The notes beneath the pieces were generated by a model. It was given only the letters and a program-made list of their open reading frames with translations. It made no database searches and was not told where the DNA came from. Shown here piece after piece: positions 24,951 to 38,360 of a stretch of 64,000 nucleotides of DNA; position 1 is the first letter of the stretch; every line of letters begins with the position of its first letter. The translations under genes and the position numbers were made by a program. The stretch covers positions 128,588,001 through 128,652,000 of the forward strand of contig NC_042998.1 in the NCBI RefSeq assembly GCF_006345805.1, in the 5' to 3' direction. The DNA comes from Octopus sinensis. Lineage: Eukaryota.

Positions 24951-25958
24951 ACTTTTCACATTTCTCTGGGATACCTACCTGCAAGATAGCAATTTTGTTA
25001 TCTGGGTTGTTAGCCTACAACAAATCTATTGTTCTATTAAGGACACTAGATCTATTGAAGGCCATGAAGAAGCCTAATGTAATTGCTTGTGCTTCTTGAA
25101 AATAGTAGCTAGATTGCCCTCAGATCACACTATGCCATTTTTAAAAAGAGAAGGATACAAACACAAATATAAAACTAGATACTCCTGAAAATGCTGGATG
25201 GTTAGAGCTGGAACAACATTGCATGATGAGGGTTGATTTGGAGATAAACAACAACCAGATCTATTCAATTGGCTTAATGCACCTCAAAGCAGCTATTAGT
25301 AAAAAAAAGTCTTCAAATTATGAATAAGAAGTATTTAGCAGATTTAGGATCAGTATGTCAACTTTCAGCTCTATTTTGATTTCATATAAACTCCACTCAC
25401 CAAGAAAAAATTATTTCTTGGATACAATAAATTTCTAGTCAAGACAAAGATCCAAGAGAATAAGGATGTACTGTAGTATGTATGTCACCAATCAAATTTA
25501 AGTGTAACTCATTTGCATAAATTGAGATCAAATCCTCCTGAAACTAATTTTAATTGATCTGAAGCAAGAATGATTGTAATATTGAATTATAGTGGAAACT
25601 TTACCACTGTAGTTTATTCTAGCACTAGAAAGAAAGCTAAATGCAATAACCTCATCAATGTTGAGATGAACTACATTGAAGAGTTTACATATTGAGAATT
25701 TCTACTCAGTTAAGTAATCCTGGAAAGTTTTAAAATTTATATTACAGTAAGCAAGCAGCTAAATTTCACTTAAACAAAATGAAAGAATTTTGTTCAAATT
25801 TTAAAAGAATTACAATATTTCAAAATCCTTTTGAAGGTCAAATAATTGAAAAATCTCGATTCTAATAATTTCCTTTATAAAAAATACTTTCTGTATCATA
25901 GTTAAATGGCTTGGTTAAAAGTGAAATTGAATAAAAACAGAGTTTAAAAAGTACTTAC

Positions 25959-26050
25959 TTATTGCGCCCAATCTTTTCATAATCTTTCACTGTAACAACT
26001 ATTTCATCATTGGGTGCAAGAGGAACACCTTTCAGGTCAAATTCCAATGT
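25959..26050 (-). CDS. MYOF: Type-I ferlin (myoferlin/dysferlin-like) exon, C2A domain: TLEFDLKGVPLAPNDEIVVTVKDYEKIGRN(K)
   Basis: Acceptor ttttattcag and donor gtaagt. 92 nt, phase 0 to 2. Translation resembles myoferlin ILEFDLRGIPL...IVKDFETIGQNK. Length matches vertebrate ferlin exon 3 as I recall it. Symbol is for the family; MYOF and DYSF cannot be separated here. Confidence 0.93.
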
Positions 26051-26178
26051 CTGAATAAAAATAAAGTCAAATATAAACAAGCTATATATTTAAGTTTCAA
26101 TTTTATTTTTAGTTGTTTTATATATATATTTTCCATATTTCTATTTGCATATGAACTCTCAAACAAAAACTGCCTGCC

Positions 26179-26209
<31 letters not shown>

Positions 26210-27226
26210 CATAACACAGGTCTCTTACCCCTAACATTGCTGCTCAGTCACAATCTACTTCACCCATCCCTTTATCCTATCATAATGCTTGCATAACAAG
26301 GGGTTATCTCAAATCTATTAGTATCCAGTTGATCCCAATCACCACACTTTCATTTTTATTAACAACAATCATGCTTTCTTACCATTGATTATCTCTACAA
26401 CCTTCCATCATTTGCTCTCTGTTGCTGCCACCTTCAGCCTCTTTCTCATTATTGTCTCTCTTCCATTATTCCCTCCTCTACAACACTGTCATTCCAATTA
26501 CATTTCTCCATTGCAACCTTATTTCTTTCATCCTCTCACCTTAGTTCATCACCTCATCGTTCATCTCTTCTATTCACCCTCTTGGTTCTTGAACAAATGG
26601 ACTCAAACTTAGAATTCTTTAGACTGGTGAGGTACAAGGCAACATCATTAGAGTTGATGCCACAATAAAATGTACTCTTTATAAAAGTAGTTGGGGAATA
26701 AGTAAAAACAGTGTAAGGTTGAGAGAACTCTTTAGTTTTGTCAAAAACCCGACAGCTTTGCTAATGCTGGTACCATGATAAAATCCAGTACAACCTTTAA
26801 CTTTTTAGCTTTCAGATTACACTATCAAATGTAATGTTTATTTATTCACATTGTTTTCAATCAATCATAAATTATCCTATAGCTACGAGATTTTGATGTG
26901 ATTGTTTATTTTTAGAAATACATTGTAGTGTAGGTGTGAAAGGCCAGATCTGGCTGGTTTGAACATAACACATGTAAAATATTTGGGGCTGATAAGGCCG
27001 GTTTAGAAAGGACATTCAGCCATAGAAACAGTGTCAGAAATGGAATGTACAAGTGAGACATGATCCTCTGACCCTTCTAAGAAGATAGTAAATCTGAATA
27101 GAAACGAATTCATATTGTGACAAACCCAGCCAACATAAGCTCCTCTGGAAAGTAGACATAAAATGATGATGAGAATTTGATAATTTATAATATATTATTG
27201 CTAATTTAAGAAGTGTCATTAGTATA

Positions 27227-27397
27227 GGCGCAGGAGTGGCTGTGTGGTAAGTAGCTTGTTTACCAACCACATGGTTCCGAGTTCAGTCCCACTGTGTGGC
27301 ATCTTGGGCAAGTGTCTTCTACTATAGCCCCGGGCCGACCAATGCCTTGTGAGTGGATTTGGTAGACGGAAACTGAAAGAAGCCTGTCGTATATATG

Positions 27398-27428
<31 letters not shown>

Positions 27429-27639
27429 TTGTGTGTCTGTGTTTGTCCCCCTAGCATTGTTTGACAACCGATGCTGGTGTGTTTAGTCCCCGTAACTTAG
27501 CGGTTCGGCAAAAGAGACCGATAGAATAAGTACTGGGCTTACAAAGAATAAGTCCCGGAGTCGATTTGCTCGACTAAAGGTGGTGGTGCTCCAGCATGGC
27601 CGCAGTCAAATGACTGAAACAAGTAAAAGAGTAAAAGAG
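27227..27639 (+). mobile_element. Young tRNA-headed SINE with internal (TA)(TG)n, TSD TAGTATA
   Basis: tRNA-like head with gttccgagttcagtcc B-box-like motif, CpG-rich, (gtaaaaga)n tail. TAGTATA at 27220-27226 and 27640-27646. Older relatives near 1665-2120, 6900-7085, 28290-28700, 29130-29275, 31335-31550, 44615-44780, 58060-58160 and 61555-61880. Confidence 0.88.
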
Positions 27640-27649
27640 TAGTATAAAC

Positions 27650-27958
27650 CAGTGTTCCTCAACTGGGGTCTATATAAGATTTTGTGGGGCTCATGCAACA
27701 AAATAGTAAATTGAGGATCCACAAAAGTAATTTAAGGGCCCCCTGAAAGAAATTTGCTTAGATGTGTATATTAGTATGTATTGCATGAAGCAGGTTTCTT
27801 TCTCTGGTATTTTCTTTAGTTCAACTCACACAAGTTAGTATGAAAAAAAAAAGTATTTTGGAAGAAGTTTCTATAAAACTAGTTTTTGAACATTGAATCT
27901 ACCAGAATAAAATAGTAATCAAAGGGGGTCCATAGATGAAAAGTGGTTGAGACCCTCT
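27650..27958. mobile_element. Possible hAT-like MITE
   Basis: cagtgttcctcaac ... gttgagaccctct resembles hAT/Charlie-type termini. The right TIR is imperfect. Confidence 0.4.
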
Positions 27959-28430
27959 AAACCTTTAATATATGTTGGATTAAAAACAATTAGTTTTTTT
28001 TTTAATGTTGTTTAAAATTTAAAATGCCAACTAGAAAGCATGCTTATATCTTTGTTACTGAAAGCATGCAAATATGTGAAAAATGCAAGACTGTTTACAT
28101 ATATTATCTTTGATTTCCCATCTCAGAGATCTAAAACACTGCTTATCTTAAGATTTCACAAGTAATTACCTTGAATAAGAAAAAAAAAAAAGCAAGCAAA
28201 CAAAAACTGAAACATTTTACAATGTACTACTTAACAGATAACAGTACAAATTATTTACAATTAAATTAAATAGCTCATAATTACTTATGAGCAGTCATGA
28301 CTGTTGCTATTAAGAAATTTGCTTCCTAACATGTGGTTTTGTGTTCAGTTTTACTGCACTGTACCTTGGGCAAGTGTCTTCTACAGCCTTGGACTAACCA
28401 AAGCCTTCCTAGTGGATTTGGTAGAAAGAA

Positions 28431-28464
<34 letters not shown>

Positions 28465-29478
28465 ATGCATGTCTCTCTCTCCTTGTCTGGATATCACAAG
28501 ATTGTTACAAGCAAGTGTCACTGCCAGACAAGTCCCTCATTTCTAGTCTTCTATTAAAACAAGTCCAGCTATGGGGGAAATACTACTTTGCTTGGAAACA
28601 GGTGAGGGTTGGAGACAGGAAGGGAATATGGTCATTAAAAAAATCTACCTTAAAACTATATATATATATATATATTTGTCCAACCCATGAAGATGAACAC
28701 TGAAAGATGGAGAAACATCAGCCTTTTTTTAATTAGATCTGTGATTAGACATTCCAGTTGTCATTTTCCCATGCACTGTGCAATCAAGATTGCATTATCC
28801 AAGTTCTTTTATAAGAACATTAAGATATGACAAGGGAAATTTAGCTGCTATTTCTAGTAGGTGAGTGACTACATTAACAAAAGTATATATCATCATCATT
28901 TTAGCAGCCATTTTCCCATGCTTGCTTGGTTCAGACAGAATTTGCTGAGGCAGATTTTCAATGGCCAGATACCATTCTTGTTGCTAACCTTCACCTGTTT
29001 CCAAGCAAAGTAATGTTTCACCATGTGAAGATCATACTCGTGTGGATGATTGGAAACGGATGAATTACAATGCTTGTCTGATGGTGACAGCCATCTACAA
29101 CAACATGCGATGTAAAGACAAGGTTGCACAATCACATATCTACATGCATATCTGCACAATGGACTTCTTTCCGTTTGCATCAACCAAATCCACTTGCAAG
29201 GCTTTTAATCAACCCAGAGCTATAGCAAAGGACACTTGTCCAAGATGCCACTCAGTGGGACTGAACGCCAAACTAACTAAAAACACCAATTAGAAACAGC
29301 TGCCAAACATAGACAGCACTTATTTGGCTGCTACTTCTAGCAGGTTTAGTGACTATATTGGCAAAAGTATTTATACCCCCAAGAGAAATTAAAGGTAATT
29401 TGTGAATGCTGGAAAGTAAATAATATCAAAGTTAACAGTCTGAGAATTTTTATGCTTAAGTCATTCCAGTAGACTTAC

Positions 29479-29489
29479 TTTCTTTTTTT
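29479..29489 (-). CDS. Candidate 11-nt microexon AAAAAAAGAAA, (E)KKK
   Basis: tttgtttttag | AAAAAAAGAAA | gtaagt. Phase 1 to 0 fits the phase-0 start of the C2A exon. Confidence 0.3.
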
Positions 29490-30227
29490 CTAAAAACAAA
29501 CTTACTGTAATGATTTCAAGTTTTCCTTAATATCATCATCATTCGACAGCCATGTTACATGTTGGCATGGGTTGAATGGCTTGATAGGATCTGATGAGTT
29601 CAAGAATTGTATCATGCTCCAGTGTCTCCTTTGGCATGGTTTCTGTGGTTGGATGCCCTTCCCAACACCAACTAACTTATAGTGTGCACTGGGTACTTTT
29701 TTCATACCACCAGTACCAGTGAGGTGACTATGCAGCTTGCAAGATTATGAACTGAGTGGGGAAGGGGTAACTTTATGGTAAGAGAATAAAGAGTAGAGAA
29801 GGGTAGATTATGAGAGAAAAAAGTCAGAGCAAAACAAGTTTCTTGTATTCTGATAATGTTTCTTTAAGTGTTGTAAATTTCAACAATTCTATATAGTTGG
29901 TAAAATTTCTTTAAAGACTTGCTGATCTTCATAACGTTGAACATTCAAATATAAATTAAGATTAGTAGCACACATATTTCAAACCTGTTGTTACAGACCA
30001 TATGATTAGTAGTCTAGCTCATCACATCATAGTGTTTCTCCTTTCATATTGCTTTATTATTACATAAGTCCAACACCACAGATTCATAATAGAAGGGAGA
30101 TGGAACTGTGTGATATTCATACTTTTCTTTAGACGACAAAGAATAAACATGAAATGAAATGGTTGCATGTGGGAAATGACTGAGATGTGGATTTGGTTTA
30201 CAAAGAACTTCACTCTACATCACTCAC

Positions 30228-30239
30228 CACCACCAGTGT
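30228..30239 (-). CDS. Candidate 12-nt microexon ACACTGGTGGTG
   Basis: Long CT tract, ctgac branch-point motif, ctctcattcttcacag acceptor, gtgagt donor. Frame-preserving length. Confidence 0.5.
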
Positions 30240-32124
30240 CTGTGAAGAATGAGAGGGTCAGACTGATGGAGGAGAAAGAGAGAGAGAGAGATTGAAGTGG
30301 GAGAAAGGGATACATATAGCAGTATTAAAGACAAAGTTTTTTTTTTTACAAAAATGCGAGTGTAGAAGAGGGAGGAGTAGGTATAAATTGTTCATAAATG
30401 TGGAGGGTATTTAGACATGTCTGTACACATCAGTGATACTAGATAGATCATTGAGATATGGGAATGCATATAAATATATATACATACATACATACAGAAA
30501 AACTCAAAAGCACTTAGACAGATCAACACTTAATTACATTTGTAAATAGATATCTAAGTTTTGTTTATACACATGTGAAACTCCTTTCATCTCTATCAAT
30601 ACAAAGGGCAGAGGACTTTTCCTATCTCAACTACTAACACTATAATTGGATATTAAGATAATAATAAAGCATAACTACACACAGACATACTGAAGCAAGA
30701 AATTGTCTTAAGTGTTCCTTAAATTACCCTTCAAATGGTGCAGTCCACTGCAAGCTCCTATACTCATTTGTACAATTTTTGTATGTTCCAACCTCTGGAA
30801 CACAAATAGTATATCCCATTTCCAAGAAAGTGACTCTGCAAACATCCAACCTATTGCCTTCACATCCAATGTCTAAAAATAAGATAGTCAACTTTCTTTA
30901 TGTGGTCACTCGACCTGCTAGAAATAGCAGCCAAATCTTACTTAAATAACACCCTACCATCTTAGAAAAAAAGGACACATTGAATAATGCAGTCCTACAT
31001 ACCCTTAAAAAGATAGGATGCTCATGGGTGTAGTATTTTAGACCACAAGTATGAGCTACCAGATCAGAGTGGACCTGGGGCTAAAAAATAGCATCAGCAT
31101 CTGAAAAGATTGATTTCTGTTAAGGTCTTGAAAGCAGATCCACAAGGAGACGTGCTCAAAGTCAAACAGTAGTTGTCACTTCCCCTATCTCCTGGATAGA
31201 AAGCTTATTGGATTCATCATGGGACCCTTTTAAACTTGCATTGTATTAAGTCCGATCTCAAATTCCCATATGAATATTAATGGTCTGACGGTGACATTCA
31301 TTTACAACTATGACACATGATGTCAATGCAAGGAGACACTAATACACATGCATACTCACACACACACACACACACACACACACATAATGAGCTTCTTTCA
31401 GTTTCTGTCTACCAAATCCACTCACAAGCCTTTGGAGCTTTGGTTTTCCAAGGGTCATAGTAGAAGAAACTTTCTCCAAAAGCCATAAAATGAGACTGAA
31501 CCTGAAACTATGCAGCCAGGAAGTGAACTTCTTAACCACACAGTCGTACCTGCAGACAGACAGACAGATAGCCTTGATGTCATGTGATAGTTGTAAAGGA
31601 GTGTCACCATCATATAAGTGGGGTCTTTCATGTAAAAACATGTCGAGGTGTGAAGAAATATTACCTTGCTTGGAAACAGATGAGGATTGGTGACAGGAAG
31701 GGCATCAGGCTCTAGAAAGTTTGCCTCAATGAATACTGTCTAACCCATACAAGTACGGAAAAGTGGATGTCAAAACAATGATAATGATGAAGAAGTCACC
31801 CACACTTGCACAACTTCTATAAACAGAAAATGCAAAAACATCCAATGTCACCAAGATATAATCACTATGCATATCCTGGAAAATTTCTGGCATGAAACTT
31901 TCCCTTCACATGAACTGCAAATAGCCCAAACTTTCAAAACACAGACACATGTCACTCACCAAATACATATTTATGCAGGTCACACACACAAGCTGGTAGG
32001 ACACATATGTGGAAAGAGAAATCAATAGTTCAATGCCACCAGACTTCAAAGCACTTTAAAGATTTTTGATAGAATATAATTACTATATTACGACACTAAA
32101 TATGGTCTAACAATATTGTCAATA

Positions 32125-32957
32125 TATGGTCTGATCAATAAGTATCTGGTCTGTTGCCATAGTAATGAAGCTAAAGCATGCAGAGTGAAGCTGCTTGGCA
32201 TAGATTGACCTTGAACTCTGCTGTGCATGCGCATTAAGTTTTAACATTCTAGCTCCCTTCTGCTATTTACAGCAGTGCTTGGAAGGAAGGTGTGTAGCAT
32301 GTGATCATTGCATTGACTATGACAGAGAAAGTTGAGCAGAGAATCTGCATCAAATTTTGCCAAAAGCTTGGCGATACCTGCTCAGAGGCCTACACAAAGT
32401 TTACAAAAAGTTTTCATTGTTCTCGACACAATCAAGATCTTGTGCAACTGAAACCAGAATGTCTTTTTGGTCAGCTGAAAGCAGTTTTGGCACAGACTTG
32501 GCAGACATGTGTCTCATACACAAATCTTCAGTGATAATGGACTGAACTGAACTGTAACTAATCTGCACATCCTCTGATTACTCACAGGTGGTGATTCGAC
32601 AGTTTCCCCTCACAGCTACATACACATCTGTAATGTTTTTTTGAGTTCTGCTGGTTGTAGATCTCCCAGAATGTCGTCAATATTGACATTTTTTCTGCCA
32701 TCTTGGAAACGTCTGAATCACTTGTACACTTCTGTGTGGTTCATACACTCCTCTCCATATACTTTCAGCAAGTAGGACAACTTTCTCTGTCATGGTCAAT
32801 GCGACAATCACACACACTACACACCTTTCTTCCAAGCACTGCTGTAAACAGTGGAAGTGAGCTAGAACATTAAAACTTTGTACACATACACAGCAGAGTT
32901 CAAAGTCAATCTTTGCCAAGTGGTTTCACTCTGCATGCTTATTGATCAGACCTCATC
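32125..32957. mobile_element. Mariner-derived fold-back element
   Basis: Inverted arms of about 200 bp starting ggtctgatcaataag. Both arms run into the transposase start MTEKV. Confidence 0.8.
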
Positions 32958-33482
32958 AATCCATGATAATGGAATCTAACTATAATTATTTTAAGCTAAA
33001 ACAACAACAACAACAAAAAAGAAATCAACAACAGAAATCAGCAAATAAAATTCGCTTATATGAACAACTTTATATGGCATAACAGAGCCAGTACTTTTAA
33101 CATTTTGATCGCACCCTTCTCTGCTACATTAGAATTCCTATCTCAACCAGAGTATACAAATTTATTCATATTAGTGAAATATGGTTTTACATTTTATAAA
33201 CATTTCATACTTTGAATAGGATGCAAATAAAGGAAGTGGAACACATGAAAAGATCACAACATCAGCCAACAAAAAGATTTCTATCTATATGATATAACGA
33301 CCAACTATATAACTAAACTATACATTTTTATTTATTAATACATTTGAAAGAGAGGGGAAATAATTGATAGTTTGTTAGCTACTCACTTTTCAACTAGACT
33401 TTATTCTACATTAAGCATTTGAATGCTCTGTACAATAAATATACTGACACCTACTTATGTAGAGTAGTAATTTATGTCTTAC

Positions 33483-33491
33483 CATAGCTAT
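33483..33491 (-). CDS. Candidate 9-nt microexon ATAGCTATG
   Basis: ttaactaccttttaattctaaag | ATAGCTATG | gtaaga. The AAG acceptor is weaker. Sits in about 1.4 kb with no recognisable repeats. Confidence 0.28.
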
Positions 33492-34949
33492 CTTTAGAAT
33501 TAAAAGGTAGTTAAACTCAGTGACAATTGTTAATTAAATAGTAGCCCATGAAGTAATTGTTTTTTTTAAAGAATGTTTCAAGGGAGGTAATAATTCTTTG
33601 TATTTAGAAATCAATGCTTACATATAAATATTGGCTTTTTCCATTTTTCTCTTTGTAATAACTTCAAGAAATAGTGTACAAATAATTTTGTTGGACAAAT
33701 ATTAATGATATACACGAATTACACTTTATAGAATGAAGTTCTCTAAAACACTAGATATTTGGTGCTAAGAAAACAGAATATGATTCAATTTATATATTCT
33801 TTGAAGGTATATTTATTTTCCAATATAAATGAACTTTATACAAATTCTCTAAATTTAAGTCAACTGAAGACTCTAAGCTACTATCTCTATGAATTAAATT
33901 AAAAATCTAGCATTTTAAATGAAAGAATGCCAAAATTAAAAATGTTTTTAAAAGAATATAAACAATAACCTTTTTTAAGACAATTCAACATTATTCAATA
34001 TTATATTTAACTAAAATTCAAGAACTGGCAGGTAACTTAAATGCTAATAAATTTAAGCAGTTTAAATACAATAGAAAACAAACTGAATAATAAATCAAAT
34101 AACTAAAACTTGAGTTTAAGAATTTTTTTCTTTCTTTGCCTATAAAGCTTCATCTTTGAAAAATATTTCACTTGTTAATATGAATGATATTAAAATCCTT
34201 AAAGAGAAAAACTAGTTTCTTTGGTGAGATACAAAGAGATTTTTTCCTTTTTTAGTTAAGATGGAAATGAAAAGCTGTGATCTTGCTCAATTTTTTACAA
34301 GGGCATTAACTATTGATAAAATAATTTCAACTAAGACTTAAACTGCATCACAAAGTCAATTTGTTTGAAACTTAATCAATTGGTTTATGGCAGCAAAAAT
34401 GCAATTTGAATATTAATAAACCAATAATAAAAACTATACCAATAAAATAAATTTGTTTAGCTTAGGTTGGCTCTGAATGAGCAAACTTAAGATCAAAAGT
34501 GTTCACTCTTGATCATGATCTTTTTATTTTTTTAGGCAACATGTTTCAAATATTACATAATCTAATGTAGTCTTAGACACCTTTAAGGTAGTAGAATATA
34601 TTTTCAAGGAAATTTGGCTGCTATTTTCAGCAAGTTAATCCATCATGTAGAGCCTCCTTGTTGGTTCACGTTATCAAAGTAAACATGTTAATCAAGGGAA
34701 CGGATACAATACAAAAAACTAAAATCAATAAAATAATGAAATAGGTAAATACCTAAATTAGCAAAATCTAAACGAAAAAACACAGACTAAAGAAGTTCAT
34801 AACTTTCATATTAGCCCCTAGTTATTTGTTTCATTTATGATTTGTATTTTGAATATTAATTCTACTTTATGATGAGGCACCACTGCATGTTGTACACTGT
34901 TTGACAAGAATTTTTTTGTTTTTGATTTTGATAATGTATTTGTTATTTT

Positions 34950-35800
34950 CTGTGTAACTACTCAGATATTGGACATGCTCTACATTTTCCACTATCTATG
35001 TATTCAAATGGTTAGATCAAGACTTGATGCAAGAGCTTTGTTTTTACTTATGTAGAGAGTTTGAACCATTCTCTATTATGCATCAATGGAAATGGGCCAA
35101 AAGACAAAAATGTGCCTTGAATTACTTTCACAATATAAATGAATAAAAGTTGATGAGGCAAACCAACGCTGGATAAAATTTGTGAGTGCATCCTTTAGTC
35201 ACTTGAGAAGATGAAGATTGTGATTTGAGACAAACTACCAAATTTCAATGATGGATAAAGGCAGGTGTTGTACAGAATCTCCTGTATGGCTCTGGTGATA
35301 TGTCCATAATCTGGAAATACAGCACTTGTGATGTCTGAAGAAAATCATGGATATCCAATGGCACAACAGAAGGAGGAATGATAGCATACTCAATCAAACC
35401 TATTCTCCTGCATTGAAACCATGTTTCTGCAACATCAGCTGTGAAGGATTGGCCATATTGTGTGAGTAATATCTTATCAGTTGCCCAAATAACTGCTTTA
35501 TTCAAGGCTGAATGAATGAAGATGCACACAAAGTAATGAAAGGAAGCTGTTCAAAGACATACTTAAAAGAAGTTTGAAAAAGTTCAAGATCTATGTGTAC
35601 GAAAATGAATTGTTGACCAAATTGCTGACAGAGACAAATCAGCTATGATGAAATCTGATACTTTGAAGCTCAAACCAAACACTGCAATGGTAAATAAATG
35701 CAACTGCAGAAAGTGGCATGAAGCAACCATTACAGCTGGTCACCTATGAAACATGAAATGCTCAGTATACAACTGGTTTCAGAGATCTGCATTGGTCTAC
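34950..35800 (+). pseudogene. Highly degenerate RTE-type LINE ORF remnant
   Basis: Plus-strand pieces DEANQR...ASFSHLRR and KAGVVQNLLYGSGD resemble RTE C-terminal motifs (ASxAFGRL, VLxxLLYGSET). Many stops. Confidence 0.6.
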
Positions 35801-37806
35801 ATAGTTACACAAGAATTGATAAATATAAAATCTGAAAGGCAATCATTCTTGGCTCCAAGTAACTGCCACTGACAATGAATATGGTTTAGTAGTCAAGAGG
35901 TTTGCTTTGCAACCATATGGTTTTTGGTTCAATTCTTCTACACAGCAAATTGGACAAGTGTCTTTTTCTATTGCCCCAGGATGGTCAAACAATGTTTTGC
36001 AAGTCAAGATCTGAGTTTAATTAATCCTATGAGAGAGAGAGAGTGAATTCCAGAGAAAGGCTAATAGTAAACCACTCCTGTAAACTAGATATTTCCACAA
36101 AGCCACCAGAAATCAAATATGACCTCATGGTCTGCCTTGCTTTTACAAATATTCTATGGTATACTAGATGTTGTCTGCATTCATTATATTGAAATTATTT
36201 TTGTATTGTGTAATTTCGTCTGTTAAGTTATTTGTATGACATGTTTAAAAGAAAAGTTGTCATCTGCTAGTTATGTATTGTAATAGGTATCTCCAATATA
36301 TGTAAAACAAAAAAAAAAGTAAAAGATTCTAGTACATTTATTAAACAAATAAATAGAAACGTTATTGTTCCTAAATCTCTCAGTGAGAGATATTCAGTAG
36401 CAGTACTTTAAAGTAAAGATTATTTGCCAACCTAATATGGCAGTCCTAGTTGGAACAAATGCTACTGTTGTTTAGCCCCAGGAGACATCATCTCCAGCTA
36501 GCTATACGACACAATCTGTATCCTTATAGTTTTGAACAGGGGACTTTAGAACCCCACCCACTAGTTTGCATAGTTTTCATTTAAAACTTCTAATGTTAAT
36601 TATTAAAAAAACAATCAGTACATTTTTTTTTCTTAGTTTCTTATAACTGAAGTATTACTCAATAAATACTAATACTATACAAATTTAATCTACTATATGC
36701 AGTTATAAATACAATTATCCTTAAAAATATAAAGAATTTTAAATTCCTAGAAAAGAGATATATATTACAGAGTGGAAGACACTTAGTCATTCAAAATGCA
36801 AACATGTGATCATTTGAAATCTTATTTTGAAGGCTGAGAAATAGACATTTAATTGATACAATAACCACTGGTCGAACAAAAGAGAGCATTCATTTAAGCA
36901 TTCTAACTGTAATGTTTTGCAGAAAGTTTGTAGAGAGACACAGTGAATATGCAAACCAGTAAATACAAATAAATAAATAATAAAACATTTAAAATTAGCA
37001 CAAGCTTTGTAATGAAGGAAATGATAATTCCCTTCATTACATAGTATATACTTATTCCAAATGACATTGAAAATCTGGGATGGGTGGAAGGTGCTGTCAT
37101 GGGAATTTTAAGGGTTTGCTAAACTAGAGAATCAATGACTAAGAACTGTGATAACGCAAAATTTAGGTTTTCCATATATTATTTCAGTTTTTGATAATCC
37201 TCAAAATTAAATAGAATTAAATGTTTTCAAGGAAACAGTTTTGGTTAGTTCCCTGGGTTATTGAAATCATAAAACTAAATATTTATCAGTCATGGTGTTT
37301 CCATGGATACCTACCAGTAGTATAATTTATCATTAATATGTCCAATAAAAAGAATGTGACAGTTTCATTTGTTTTCCTAAATTCTAAAGATTCTTTTAAA
37401 AATAGCATACATTTCTGTTTTATTGCGACTAGTTCAAATCTCTATTAAAATTTACTAAACTGCCTCAGTTTCAACCTTACTTAACTCTTACAACCCACAG
37501 GGCATTCCATCTACTATTAATATTCCATTATATCCATACTCAATATTTCTTGTAAAGTGAAAATCTCTACTGTAAAACCTTTTTTTCAATTCATGTATTG
37601 AACGCTCATTCAGACAAAACTGCAATACTCAATGTCACATTCTGCAACTGGTTTATTTTATTTTATTCATAACAGAAAATATTTTCAGTTTGTAATTCAT
37701 AAAACTTTCAGGCCACTGATGAGATGAATATTTTATTTACAAGATTGTGTAACATTCCATAACATTTGACTAAAACCAATACTTAAAAACATAATTTTAT
37801 CCATAA

Positions 37807-37810
<4 letters not shown>

Positions 37811-37863
<53 letters not shown>

Positions 37864-37882
37864 TATATATATATATATATAT
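37811..37882. repeat. (CT)n(TA)n compound microsatellite
   Basis: Read directly from the sequence. Confidence 0.95.
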
Positions 37883-38360
37883 AATGCAAGTAAAACACCT
37901 GTTTAATTATGCAAAAAGATATTTCCTATTCAACTGGTTACCATTTGTATATGTTATAATCAAGCTGTTTTGATTTTGGGCCTCTCAGAGGCAATGACAG
38001 GTGACCAAGACCTTTTTGGTAATTCAGGTGGCATTGGACTTGATATACTTTGATTTAACCTTATTTTATAGGACTGTTTACAAAATATTTAAGTACTAAT
38101 AGCTTTTTTACTTGCAAGTAATATTCACTTGTTCAGCTGTAGAAAACAGCCAGCAAGGACAGGCCAAGACAGTTTGATTTTATGACCAATGGAGTGACTG
38201 TTCACTAGGTGTCTACAGTGTAATGCATCTCACTCAATGTGATACCACAGAGTAACTTGTAATAATTGGATAACCAATGACAATTCTTCAGTCTTTTTTT
38301 GACAGGACCTGCTTTCCATGAAACAGAGTAACAAAAGAAAAAAAAAAGGAAGAAAACTTC

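Noticed and set aside
35245-35529. 94-aa minus-strand ORF as a ferlin exon
   Set aside because: No ferlin similarity or splice support. The opposite strand carries decayed RTE motifs.
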